From: an uncultured Trueperaceae bacterium | GTDB taxonomy: Bacteria > Deinococcota > Deinococci > Deinococcales > Trueperaceae | Reading direction: 5' to 3' | NCBI GenBank assembly: GCA_963815215.1 | Contig: CAWFFU010000011.1 | Location: 639,023-703,022 of the forward strand | Length of the DNA: 64,000 nucleotides | Shown: one piece after another, positions 1-8,247 of the stretch | Position numbering within the stretch: the stretch's first letter is position 1 | Layout: the number at the start of each line of letters is the position of its first letter | Made by a program: the position numbers and the translations under genes | Notes under the pieces: generated by a model | What the model was told of the DNA's origin: nothing | What the model saw: the letters and a program-made list of their open reading frames with translations, nothing else | The model's database searches: none

Positions 1-157
1 CCGCCACCGCTCGCGCACGTGCCAGGTCGGGATCGGCCACGGCGACCACCTGCGCGCCGGCCTCCGTCCACCCACGGGCGTGGCGGGCACCCATGTCACC
101 GGCGCCGACGACCACCACGCCGAGCCGTTCTTGGGACCCTCGCTCCGGGCGGCTCAT
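1..157 (-). CDS. Gfo/Idh/MocA family oxidoreductase (5' part only; continues beyond window start)
   Basis: Manual translation from ATG at 157 gives MSRPERGSQERLGVVVVGAGDMGARHARGWTEAGAQVVAVADPDLARARAVA. It has a Rossmann GxGxxG motif followed by H and a VAVADPD motif. The ATG overlaps the aldolase stop (ATGA). Confidence 0.8.
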   Translation of the reverse strand, partial: MSRPERGSQERLGVVVVGAGDMGARHARGWTEAGAQVVAVADPDLARARAVA

Positions 158-1221
158 GGCAGGTACCTCCGGTGCCAGCCCTCCCCGGCACCCTCCATCG
201 CGGGCGCGCCGCGATAGCGGCGGTGGTCGTACCACGGCAACGCGGCATCGGCCCGAGCCGAGATGGCACGGAGGTACGGTAGTGCGCGCGCCCGCAGCCG
301 CTGCTCGACCGCCGCCGCGTCAGGGTAGGCCTCGAGGGCCTCCAACCACACCGCGCGGCCGGCCAGGAAACCGCTCGCGCCGGCGTCGAACGCGAGTTCG
401 AGGTCGGCTTCGAATTCGGCGCGCCCGACGCCCGCGCTCAGCAGCACCCAGGGCGCGGGGCAGGCATCATCGAGCTCCGCCAGGAAGCCGCGCACCTCAT
501 CCACGGAGTAGAGGGCGGGACGCTCGCGACCGTCGAAAGCGCCGCCGTGATAGCCGCGGCAGTGCTTGAGGTCGGCAGGGAACTCTAGCTTGAAGATGTC
601 CACCCCGAAGCGCGGCTCGGCGAAGCGCCGAACGGACGCGAGGACGCGCTCGGGCCGGCGCGCCTGGTACTCCGGCGAGGTCGCGTCCTCGCCCTTCCCC
701 GGGTAGACCAGCAGCTCCAGGATGAACGGGATGTCGCTCGCACGGCAGGCCTCGCCCACCTCCGCAACCAGCCGCTCCTGATGCGCGCGCGTCGCTTCCG
801 AGGTGTCGGGACGATACCAGGCCAGCAGCTTGACGCCGGACGCCCCTGCGCGCTTGATGGCCGCGACGCTCCACCCCTCGATGAGCCTGGAGCGACGCTC
901 GCCGTCGACCACCTCGAACCCGTAGTCCTCGAGCGTGCCGATCAGCGCCGTGCTGCCGGGAACGGCCGACAGCGCGGTGGCGTGCGTCCAGACGGGATCG
1001 ATGAGGATCGCACCCGCCTCGGGAGCCAGCACCCGGGTGAGGAGCGCCTTGGCGGCAGCCACCTCGTCGAAGCTCAGGCTCTGCGGGTCCCGGTCGCCGG
1101 CGCGCGCCAGCGCCTGGAACAGTGGCGGCCGCTGATCGACCGCCACCATACGGAACACGCCGTCGTCGTCGGCGAGCGTCATCATCGCGCGCAACTTGCC
1201 GGCACTCAGGACCTCGCTCAT
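154..1221 (-). CDS. Class I aldolase, tagatose-1,6-bisphosphate aldolase (LacD) / sulfofructosephosphate aldolase (YihT) family
   Basis: Motifs MVAVDQR, AILIDP, GVKLLAWY, FKLEFP, PWVLLSAG and GASGFLAGRAVW. GGAGG RBS upstream of ATG 1221. Confidence 0.85.
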   Translation of the reverse strand: MSEVLSAGKLRAMMTLADDDGVFRMVAVDQRPPLFQALARAGDRDPQSLSFDEVAAAKALLTRVLAPEAGAILIDPVWTHATALSAVPGSTALIGTLEDYGFEVVDGERRSRLIEGWSVAAIKRAGASGVKLLAWYRPDTSEATRAHQERLVAEVGEACRASDIPFILELLVYPGKGEDATSPEYQARRPERVLASVRRFAEPRFGVDIFKLEFPADLKHCRGYHGGAFDGRERPALYSVDEVRGFLAELDDACPAPWVLLSAGVGRAEFEADLELAFDAGASGFLAGRAVWLEALEAYPDAAAVEQRLRARALPYLRAISARADAALPWYDHRRYRGAPAMEGAGEGWHRRYLP

Positions 1222-1290
1222 GCTCGCACCTCCATCGTCTATCTTCACGCAGTCCACCTCGGTTCGTGGGTCGGGTTCATCGGGCCGCCG

Positions 1291-2226
1291 TCAGCGCGGG
1301 GACGTGCCGGCGTCCGGGCGCACGCCCCCCGTCCCGGTGGCAGCGCGGAAGGCGACCACCTCATCGTGACCGGGCAGACCGGCGCGCGCCCCGAAGGAAC
1401 GGCACGCCATCGCCGCGGCAGTGGCCGCGTAGCGGGCCGCCTCCTCTGCGCCCTCGCGCCGTGCGATGGCGGCGGCGTATGCCCCGTGGAACACGTCGCC
1501 CGCGCCGGTGGTGTCCAGCGCCTCGACGCGCGGGGCGGGGACGTGCGTGGCGCGCTCACCCTCCAGCAGCAGCACCCCCTCCGCCCCCAGCGTGATCCCC
1601 ACCACCTGGCCGGGGCGTCGCCGCAGGTGCGGCAACGCCGCCTCGGGGTCGTCCCGGCCGATCAACTCCTGCGCGCACTCGCGCGCCACCAGCAGGTGGT
1701 CGGCCAGTACGGCGTCCTCCCAGTGGCGGAGGTTGCCGTAATCGGCGACGACGGGGATCTCGTCGGCGCGGGCGGCCTCGGCAGCAGCGCGGCACAGCCG
1801 AGGATGCCTCAGGTCGACGAGCACGGCCCCGGCCCCTTCGAGGAAGCCGGGGGGCAGACGGGCGGGATCGTCCTCGAGCCCACTGCCGCGGAAGGGGAAG
1901 ATCCAGCGTTCCCCGTCGGGCGCCACCAGCACGGCGCTGACGAACGTGCGCGCGCCTGGGAGACGGCGCACGCCGGAGACGTCCACCCCGTGCGCCTCGA
2001 GGTCTTCGAGGGCGGTGGCGCCGGCGGCGTCGTCGCCGTGGAGCGCCACCAGCGCGGCAGCCACCCCGAGGTGCGCGGCCGCTGCGGCGGCCGTAGCGGC
2101 CGGCCCGCCCCCCTGCGTCCGGAAGGCCGTGGCATCGGTACGCGAATGCGCCGGCGGGAAGCGCTCGACCCGCCACACGTGATCCAGACACGACAGCCCG
2201 ACGCACACCACGCGCGGACCCCTCAC
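1291..2226 (-). CDS. PfkB-family carbohydrate kinase (sulfofructose kinase YihV-like N-terminus)
   Basis: GGGPAATAA, HGDD, ITLGAEG and the DTTGAGDVFHGA PfkB signature. GTGA overlap with the isomerase. Confidence 0.85.
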   Translation of the reverse strand: MRGPRVVCVGLSCLDHVWRVERFPPAHSRTDATAFRTQGGGPAATAAAAAAHLGVAAALVALHGDDAAGATALEDLEAHGVDVSGVRRLPGARTFVSAVLVAPDGERWIFPFRGSGLEDDPARLPPGFLEGAGAVLVDLRHPRLCRAAAEAARADEIPVVADYGNLRHWEDAVLADHLLVARECAQELIGRDDPEAALPHLRRRPGQVVGITLGAEGVLLLEGERATHVPAPRVEALDTTGAGDVFHGAYAAAIARREGAEEAARYAATAAAMACRSFGARAGLPGHDEVVAFRAATGTGGVRPDAGTSPR

Positions 2227-3626
2227 GATCGCAGGTAGGGCGCCGGGGGCAGCGCCGGCAGGACGTCAGCACCGAGGTAGGCGCACAACTCGTAGAGCGC
2301 GTCGACCCTGTCGCCGCGACCGAAAGCGAGGTGGTGCGGCAACCGCCGGTCGAGCAGGTTGGCGACGAAGGCGCGCACGTTGACGGGGCTCTCACCCCAG
2401 CGCAGCCCGCCGATCCAACCGCGGACGCCGTCGTACCCCGCCTTCTCCGTCCGCCCGACCTCGCCGCCGACGATGACGGCGCGACGACCGGAGCTCAGCA
2501 GGCGGAACCCGGTCACGGGACCGGCTCGCAGGCGCATGTCGCGCACGACGCCGGTACCGTCGCGATTGAAGTGCGTGGTGAGACGGGTGTCGGGGCTGCC
2601 CGAGGGTCCCGGCGCCGCCCACGCCACGGGCGCGTTGCCGCAGTGCCAGACCTGGAGGGTGTCGTCGGTGTCGTCCGCGTCGGAGAGATCCATGAGGATG
2701 GCGGGGTCGCCGCTGACGCCCTGCAGCGCCAGCATCGACAGCGCCCCCATCACGTCCCCCTCGCAGGCGGCGGGCACCTCACGGCCGCTCGAGTCCCCCA
2801 TCGCAGCGCACGCCATCGAGCCGCAGGTCTCCGCCACCTCTGGCCAGCACCGCACGGCCAGCGCCGTCGCTCCCGCCTCCTCGGCCAGGCTCTCGAGGGC
2901 GGCGTCGATGCGCGCGCCCCGGACGAGCTGCTCGAACGTCACGTCCGTGCGCTCGCGGTCCTGCCAGACGCGAGCGCGCGCCTCGGCCTCAGCGTCAGGC
3001 ACCGCCGCCACGCGCTCGAACAGCGCCGCCAGATCGCGCGCGACGACCTCGACTCCGACGAGGTCGGGCGCCTCTTGCAGTCCGTAGAAGCCCGGCGCGG
3101 TACCCCCGATCGCCAGGATGCGGGCGCTCCGCACCGCGGCCAGGCCGCGGAGCGCGCCTACCGTGGCCGCCAACCGCCGCACGAACTCGGGGTCATCTGG
3201 CAGCCCGTAGAACCACTTGACGGGTCCGGACTTGGCCACCTGCGGCGCGTCCAGCAGCGAGAGCGTCATGTTGAGGCCACACAGCGAGTTGAGCGGCAGC
3301 GGCCCCTCGCTCCAACCGCCCACGCGCTCCGGCACACCCCACAGCCCGACCCGCTCGGTGGCCGCGAGCAGCGGGGCGACCACGTCGCCGGTCGCGAAGG
3401 TGGTGAGCTGCACCAGCAGGTAGTCGAGGCGCTCTTCGGCGAGCACGCGCGCCGCACGCGCGGCCTCGGGCGCGTCGCGTACCGCCCGCTCGGACGCCAC
3501 CAGCTCGAACCCGAGCCGATCTGCGAGCTTCCCCAGACCGTCGAGGCTGAGGCGCGCCGCTGCGGCGGCGTCCCCCTTGAAGGCGGGCCGCGTCACCGAG
3601 ACGAACCCGATGCGGGGTCGGATCAT
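2223..3626 (-). CDS. L-fucose/L-arabinose isomerase family protein
   Basis: LNSLCG, LAVRCWPE, ACEGD, LMDL, WHCGNAP and PHHLAF motifs typical of FucI/AraA-like aldose-ketose isomerases. Confidence 0.8.
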   Translation of the reverse strand: MIRPRIGFVSVTRPAFKGDAAAAARLSLDGLGKLADRLGFELVASERAVRDAPEAARAARVLAEERLDYLLVQLTTFATGDVVAPLLAATERVGLWGVPERVGGWSEGPLPLNSLCGLNMTLSLLDAPQVAKSGPVKWFYGLPDDPEFVRRLAATVGALRGLAAVRSARILAIGGTAPGFYGLQEAPDLVGVEVVARDLAALFERVAAVPDAEAEARARVWQDRERTDVTFEQLVRGARIDAALESLAEEAGATALAVRCWPEVAETCGSMACAAMGDSSGREVPAACEGDVMGALSMLALQGVSGDPAILMDLSDADDTDDTLQVWHCGNAPVAWAAPGPSGSPDTRLTTHFNRDGTGVVRDMRLRAGPVTGFRLLSSGRRAVIVGGEVGRTEKAGYDGVRGWIGGLRWGESPVNVRAFVANLLDRRLPHHLAFGRGDRVDALYELCAYLGADVLPALPPAPYLRS

Positions 3627-3633
3627 GATTGGA

Positions 3634-4563
3634 TCATCCCTTCACGCCTCCGGCGGTGAGACCGCTGATGATGCGCTGCTGGAAGAACAGGATCAGCAGC
3701 ACCAGAGGCACGATGCCGATCGTGACGGCTGCGCTGATCAGGGCCCAGGGGAAGGCGAACTCGCCCTGGTACAAGGTGATGCCCACGGGCACGGTGCGCA
3801 TGGTCGTGGCGGTGTTGAACGTCAAGGCCAGCAGGAACTCGTTCCAGGAGTTCACGAACGCGATGATGCCGGCGGTCACGACCCCCGGCGCCGAGAGCGG
3901 CGCCACCACGCGGAACAGCGCCCCCACGCGGCTGGTGCCGTCGACGGTGGCGGCGGCCTCCAGGTCCTCCGGGATGAGCTGGAAGAAGCTGGTCAGGATG
4001 AGCGTGGTGATCGGCAGGCTCAGCGCAACGTAGGGGATGATCAGCGCCCAGTAGGTGTTGAGCAGGTTGGGCGTCATCAACGTGGTGGGCAGGAAGCCCC
4101 AACCTAGCGCGTGCAGGTACCCGAACAACGGCGTCAGCAAGGGCACCTCGACGCCCACGAACAGACGGTACAGCGGCACCAGCATCACCAGCGCCGGGAA
4201 CATGCTGGTCATCACGATGGAGGTGAGGATCGCCCGGCGGCCGCGCAATCTGAGCCGCGCGAGCGCGTAGCCGGCCAGCGAGGCGAACAGCACGCATACC
4301 AACGTGGCCGCCAGCGACACCACGGCGGAGTTCAGGAGGAAGCGGCCGAAGGGGTTCTCGGTGAAGACCGATCCGTAGTTGTGGAGCGTGGCGTGCAGAG
4401 GAAGGTAGGTGATGGGGATGCGGGTCAGCTCGTTCTCGGACTTCAGCGACGTGAGGAACAGCCATACCGCCGGGAACAGCCCGTTGACGATCATCAGCAG
4501 CAGTCCGAGTCGCACCACCACGTAGCGCACGCGTCGACGGGGTCCTCTCGCGGGGGCCGTCAT
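3634..4563 (-). CDS. Carbohydrate ABC transporter permease (MalG-like)
   Basis: EAA loop (LEAAATVDGTS), FVNSWNEFLLAL and terminal IISGLTAGGVKG. ATG 4563 overlaps the upstream stop. Confidence 0.9.
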   Translation of the reverse strand: MTAPARGPRRRVRYVVVRLGLLLMIVNGLFPAVWLFLTSLKSENELTRIPITYLPLHATLHNYGSVFTENPFGRFLLNSAVVSLAATLVCVLFASLAGYALARLRLRGRRAILTSIVMTSMFPALVMLVPLYRLFVGVEVPLLTPLFGYLHALGWGFLPTTLMTPNLLNTYWALIIPYVALSLPITTLILTSFFQLIPEDLEAAATVDGTSRVGALFRVVAPLSAPGVVTAGIIAFVNSWNEFLLALTFNTATTMRTVPVGITLYQGEFAFPWALISAAVTIGIVPLVLLILFFQQRIISGLTAGGVKG

Positions 4564-5681
4564 TCGGTGTAGATCCATCGCAGGTAGAAGACCGTGATCG
4601 CCAGACTGATCAGGAACAGCACCACCGACAGCGCCGCGGCATAGCCGATGTTGAGCGCCAGCGTCGAGTTGTAGATGTACACCCCCAGGGTCTCCAGGCT
4701 GCGACCGGGGCCGCCGCGGGTCATGGCGAAGGGGATGTCGAAGGTCTGGATAGCGGTGAGCGTACGGAAGATGAGGGCCACGGCGATCGACGGACGCAGC
4801 AGCGGAAGGGTGATGCGCCAGAAGCGCTGCCAGGCGTTGGCGCCGTCGACCACCGCTGCCTCGTAGAGGCTGGCGTCGATCGACTGCAGGCCGGCGAGCA
4901 GGATGAGCCCCACGAACGAGGAGGTCTTCCACACGATCGTGATGTTGACCGCCGCGATCGCCGGCGAAACCCGCGCCAGCCACAACGGCCCGTGCAAGCC
5001 GATGCGGCCCAGCAGGTCGTTGATCACGCCGTACTGGCTCTGGAACAACCAGGCGAAGGTGAGGCCGGCGAAGACGCGCGGCATCGCCCACGGCAGCAGC
5101 AGCGCCACTCTGCCGAGCCACCGCAAGCGGGACTCGACGTTCGCCAGGAGCGCCAGCGGCAGGCCGGCGACGAAGGAGCCGACCACGCTGACCACGATGA
5201 TCAGCATGGTGATCGAGAAGGAGTTCCAGAAGCGGCCGTCGGTCCAGCGACCACCGGCGCCCGGATGGAACCCCAGCAGGTAGGCGAACAGCAGCACCAT
5301 CAGCAGGCCCAGCACGGTGCCGGAGAGGCGACCGATCCAACGCCGACGCACGGCCCACAGCAGCGGGGCCAACGCGGCCAGCCCCAGCAACCGCAGCCAC
5401 AGCAGGTGCGAAGCATTCCAGATCAGCCCTTCACCCCAGAGCATGCGCCGGAAGTTGCCGAGGCCGATGAAGGGCGTGCCCCGGAAGGGCTGGTTGAGCC
5501 GGTTGAAGTGCAGCGATTGCCACAGCACGGTGAGCATGGGATAGAGCATGACCGCGGCCAGCGTCAGCAGAGCCGGCAGCAGCAACAGCACGGCGAGCTG
5601 CCCGTCGGACAGGTTGCCGGTGCGCAGCCGGCGCCAGAAGCCCGGCCTGCGGTAGGGGGTGGTGGGAACGGTGCGAGCCAT
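4560..5681 (-). CDS. Carbohydrate ABC transporter permease (MalF-like)
   Basis: FIGLGNF, LAGLQSID..LYEAAVVDGANAWQRFWRITLP and MTRGGPG motifs. Start could alternatively be 5699. Confidence 0.9.
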   Translation of the reverse strand: MARTVPTTPYRRPGFWRRLRTGNLSDGQLAVLLLLPALLTLAAVMLYPMLTVLWQSLHFNRLNQPFRGTPFIGLGNFRRMLWGEGLIWNASHLLWLRLLGLAALAPLLWAVRRRWIGRLSGTVLGLLMVLLFAYLLGFHPGAGGRWTDGRFWNSFSITMLIIVVSVVGSFVAGLPLALLANVESRLRWLGRVALLLPWAMPRVFAGLTFAWLFQSQYGVINDLLGRIGLHGPLWLARVSPAIAAVNITIVWKTSSFVGLILLAGLQSIDASLYEAAVVDGANAWQRFWRITLPLLRPSIAVALIFRTLTAIQTFDIPFAMTRGGPGRSLETLGVYIYNSTLALNIGYAAALSVVLFLISLAITVFYLRWIYTE

Positions 5682-5703
5682 GGAAGATAGGGGAGGCAAG
5701 ATC

Positions 5704-5732
5704 GGGTGGGGCGCCGCGCGAACGCCCCACCC
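5704..5732. terminator. Intercistronic stem-loop after the sugar-binding protein gene
   Basis: GGGTGGGGCG-9 nt-CGCCCCACCC forms a 10-bp stem between the SBP stop and the permease start. Likely a partial terminator or mRNA stabiliser. Confidence 0.55.
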
Positions 5733-5755
5733 CTGGATCGACGCCTTCGCCGAGC

Positions 5756-7021
5756 CTACTGCGAGAGGATGTCCTGCAGGCCGGTCTGCATCTTCTGCAG
5801 GGCCTGGTCGGCCGTCATCGAGCGCGCGAAGAAGGCATTCATGGTGGTGCGGATGAGGTCGCTGACGTCAGGGTAGAGCGGCGTCACCGGCCGCGGCCGG
5901 GCGTTGATGATGACGTCGTAGAAGTCGGCGTACTGCGGGGCCGTGGCGAGCACGGCCGGGTCCTTGTACAGCGCCTTGCGCGCCGGGATGTTGCTGGCCT
6001 TCACCGCCAGCGTGCGCTGGCTGTCCTCGTTGGCCAGGAAGCGCATGAGCTTGAAGGCGTCCTGCTTGTGCGCGCTGTAGGGGTTCATCGCCCACTGCCA
6101 GCCGCCCACGCAGGTAGCGGAGGTGTGGCCTTGGAAGGCGGGCAGCGGCGCCACCCCGACCTTGCCCTTGACGGCGGTGTCGGCGTCGCTCTGGAAGTGC
6201 GCCCAGGCATAGCCCCAGTTCAGCATGAACACCACGTCACCGGACTGGAACATCTTGCGCGAGGTGTCGGTGGCGACCTCGGCGATGTTGGGGATGGTGA
6301 TGCCCGAAGAGAGCGTCTGGTCGTACCAGTCGAGCGCCTGCTTGCCGGCCGCCGTGTTGATGGTGATGTTCCCGTTGGCGTCGCGCCAGTTGCCGCCGGC
6401 CGTCCACAGCGCCTCGAGGAACGTGCAGTTGGTGCCCTCGATGGCGGCGCCCTGGTAGTTGAAGCCCTGCAGGTTGGGGTTGTTCTCCCCCTTCATGATC
6501 GTCAGGGCCTGGTTCTTGAGCTCCTCCCAGGTCTTGGGCGGCTGGAAGCCGTACTTGTCGAGCAGGTCCTTGCGGTAGTACAGGAACTGCGCGTCGGTGA
6601 AGGCAGGGATGGCATACAGCTTGCCGTTCACCGTGTCGGCGTTGATGGGGCCCGGAAGGAACGACGCCAGGTAGGTCTTCTCAGCGTCGGCGGAGGCGAA
6701 GTAGCTGTCGAGCGGCTCGGCCCATCCCGACGCCGCGTACTGCGCGGGGCGCACCACGTCGACGAGCATGACGTCGATGGCCGAGGACTTGCTGGTCAAC
6801 ACGGTGCTGAGGTACTGCTGCTGCACGTCGCTTGTCGCGCCGCCCACCTCGAAGGTGGCGTGGATGTCGGGGTTCTCGGCGTTGAACTTGTCGAGCAAGG
6901 GTCCGATGACATCGGGCCGCTGCTGGCCGCCGATGAAGACCTTGAGGTTCACCTGGGCGGCGCCGGTCGCGAACAGCGCAGCGAACGCCAGGGCGAGCAG
7001 GACGCGGATGGGTCGGTTCAT
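5756..7021 (-). CDS. Sugar ABC transporter substrate-binding protein (SBP_bac_1 family)
   Basis: Signal peptide MNRPIRVLLALAFAALFATGAAQ; GKLYAIP, LYYRKDLL..PPKTWEEL and GGWQWAMN motifs; GGAGGT RBS. Confidence 0.9.
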   Translation of the reverse strand: MNRPIRVLLALAFAALFATGAAQVNLKVFIGGQQRPDVIGPLLDKFNAENPDIHATFEVGGATSDVQQQYLSTVLTSKSSAIDVMLVDVVRPAQYAASGWAEPLDSYFASADAEKTYLASFLPGPINADTVNGKLYAIPAFTDAQFLYYRKDLLDKYGFQPPKTWEELKNQALTIMKGENNPNLQGFNYQGAAIEGTNCTFLEALWTAGGNWRDANGNITINTAAGKQALDWYDQTLSSGITIPNIAEVATDTSRKMFQSGDVVFMLNWGYAWAHFQSDADTAVKGKVGVAPLPAFQGHTSATCVGGWQWAMNPYSAHKQDAFKLMRFLANEDSQRTLAVKASNIPARKALYKDPAVLATAPQYADFYDVIINARPRPVTPLYPDVSDLIRTTMNAFFARSMTADQALQKMQTGLQDILSQ

Positions 7022-7068
7022 GGATACCTCCGGAATCGTGTTGGGTGGTTGGCGAACGGACGGGTCGT

Positions 7069-8103
7069 CTACGCAGGCGGCACCTCCATCAGGGCAGGGG
7101 GACCTGTGCTGTCGCGGACGATGAGCTGGGTCGCCAGACGCGCCGACGGGACGGTACCGCCGGCCATCAGGGTGAGGAGCGCGTCGAAGGCCATCTCGCC
7201 CAGGCGACGCGTCGGTTGCCGGACCGTGGTGAGCGCCGGGCTGGCCACCGCGGCCAGCGGTGTGTCGTCGAAGCCGACGACGGACACGTCGCCCGGCACA
7301 CGGCGGCCCGCCGCCACGAGAGCGCTCAAGGCGCCCAGCGCCACCAGGTCGTTGTTGCCGAGAACGGCGTCGAAGGGCGTCGCGCCGGCGAGCAGGCGCG
7401 CGCAAGCGGCGGCGCCGCCCGTCTTGCTGTCGTCGGTCGGCGCGAGCAGCTCGGGGTCGGCCTCCAGACCGAAGGTCTCGACGCCGGTACGGTAGGCGCG
7501 GATGCGACGCTCGGCGTAGCGTGAGCCGCGGGGACCGCTCAGGAAGGCCACCCGACGCAGGCCGAGTTGGTGCAGGTGCGCCAGCGCCTGCCACACCCCG
7601 GCACGCTCGTTGCTTCCGATACTCACGGCCTGGAGTGTGCGCGGACCGGCATGGATGGCCACCACCGGGTAGTGGGCGGCGATCAACCGGTTGAGGCCCT
7701 CGACGTCCTCGTCGGCTACGCTCGAACCGAGCACGAGCAGGCCGTCGACCCGCCCCTCGCGTAGCCACAGGGTGAAGTCGGGGCGGGGCGCGGTCGAGAG
7801 CAACAGCGGGAAGCCCGCCTCCTCGGCCCGGCCGGTGACGCCGAGCAGCAGCTCGTTGAAGTAGGGGTTGGCGAACACCAGCTCGGAGCTGCGAGGCAGC
7901 ATCAGCCCGACGACTTGCGCCTTCCGGCGCGTCAGCGCCCTCGCCGCCGCGTCGGGATGGTACCCCAGCGTGTCGGCGAGCTCGCGCACACGCGCACGCG
8001 TACCGCGTGCGATCTGCGGGTCGTCGCGCAGGGCCCGTGACACGGTCGAGCGAGCCAGTCCCAGCCGTTCGGAGAGGTCCTTCAGCGTGAGCTTGCGCCT
8101 CAC
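7069..8103 (-). CDS. LacI-family transcriptional regulator
   Basis: HTH TLKDLSERLGLARSTVSRAL, LGYHPDAAARAL and VPGDVSVVGFDD..PALTTVRQP. GTG start with a GGGAGG RBS. Confidence 0.92.
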   Translation of the reverse strand: MRRKLTLKDLSERLGLARSTVSRALRDDPQIARGTRARVRELADTLGYHPDAAARALTRRKAQVVGLMLPRSSELVFANPYFNELLLGVTGRAEEAGFPLLLSTAPRPDFTLWLREGRVDGLLVLGSSVADEDVEGLNRLIAAHYPVVAIHAGPRTLQAVSIGSNERAGVWQALAHLHQLGLRRVAFLSGPRGSRYAERRIRAYRTGVETFGLEADPELLAPTDDSKTGGAAACARLLAGATPFDAVLGNNDLVALGALSALVAAGRRVPGDVSVVGFDDTPLAAVASPALTTVRQPTRRLGEMAFDALLTLMAGGTVPSARLATQLIVRDSTGPPALMEVPPA

Positions 8104-8174
8104 GAATGACCGCCCGCCTCCCCGCCCCCGGGCGCATCGCGATGCGCGGCCAGAGGGCGATTCGATAGCTTCTA

Positions 8175-8200
8175 CGCAACCGGTTGCGGCAACGGTAGCA
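8175..8200 (-). promoter_or_regulatory. LacI-type operator palindrome plus extended -10 promoter of the sugar operon
   Basis: Perfect 14-bp palindrome CGCAACCGGTTGCG (8175-8188) just downstream of TGcTACCGT on the minus strand (8200-8192). Confidence 0.65.
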
Positions 8201-8247
8201 CAGCCCCAGGAGCACCGCAAGAGTGCTTCCGCCAGGGTCTGCGGCCC

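Noticed and set aside
5756..8215. 819-aa ORF suggesting a long N-terminal fusion on the sugar-binding protein
   Set aside because: The upstream part is an out-of-frame read through the LacI gene; the real start is 7021, with an RBS and signal peptide.
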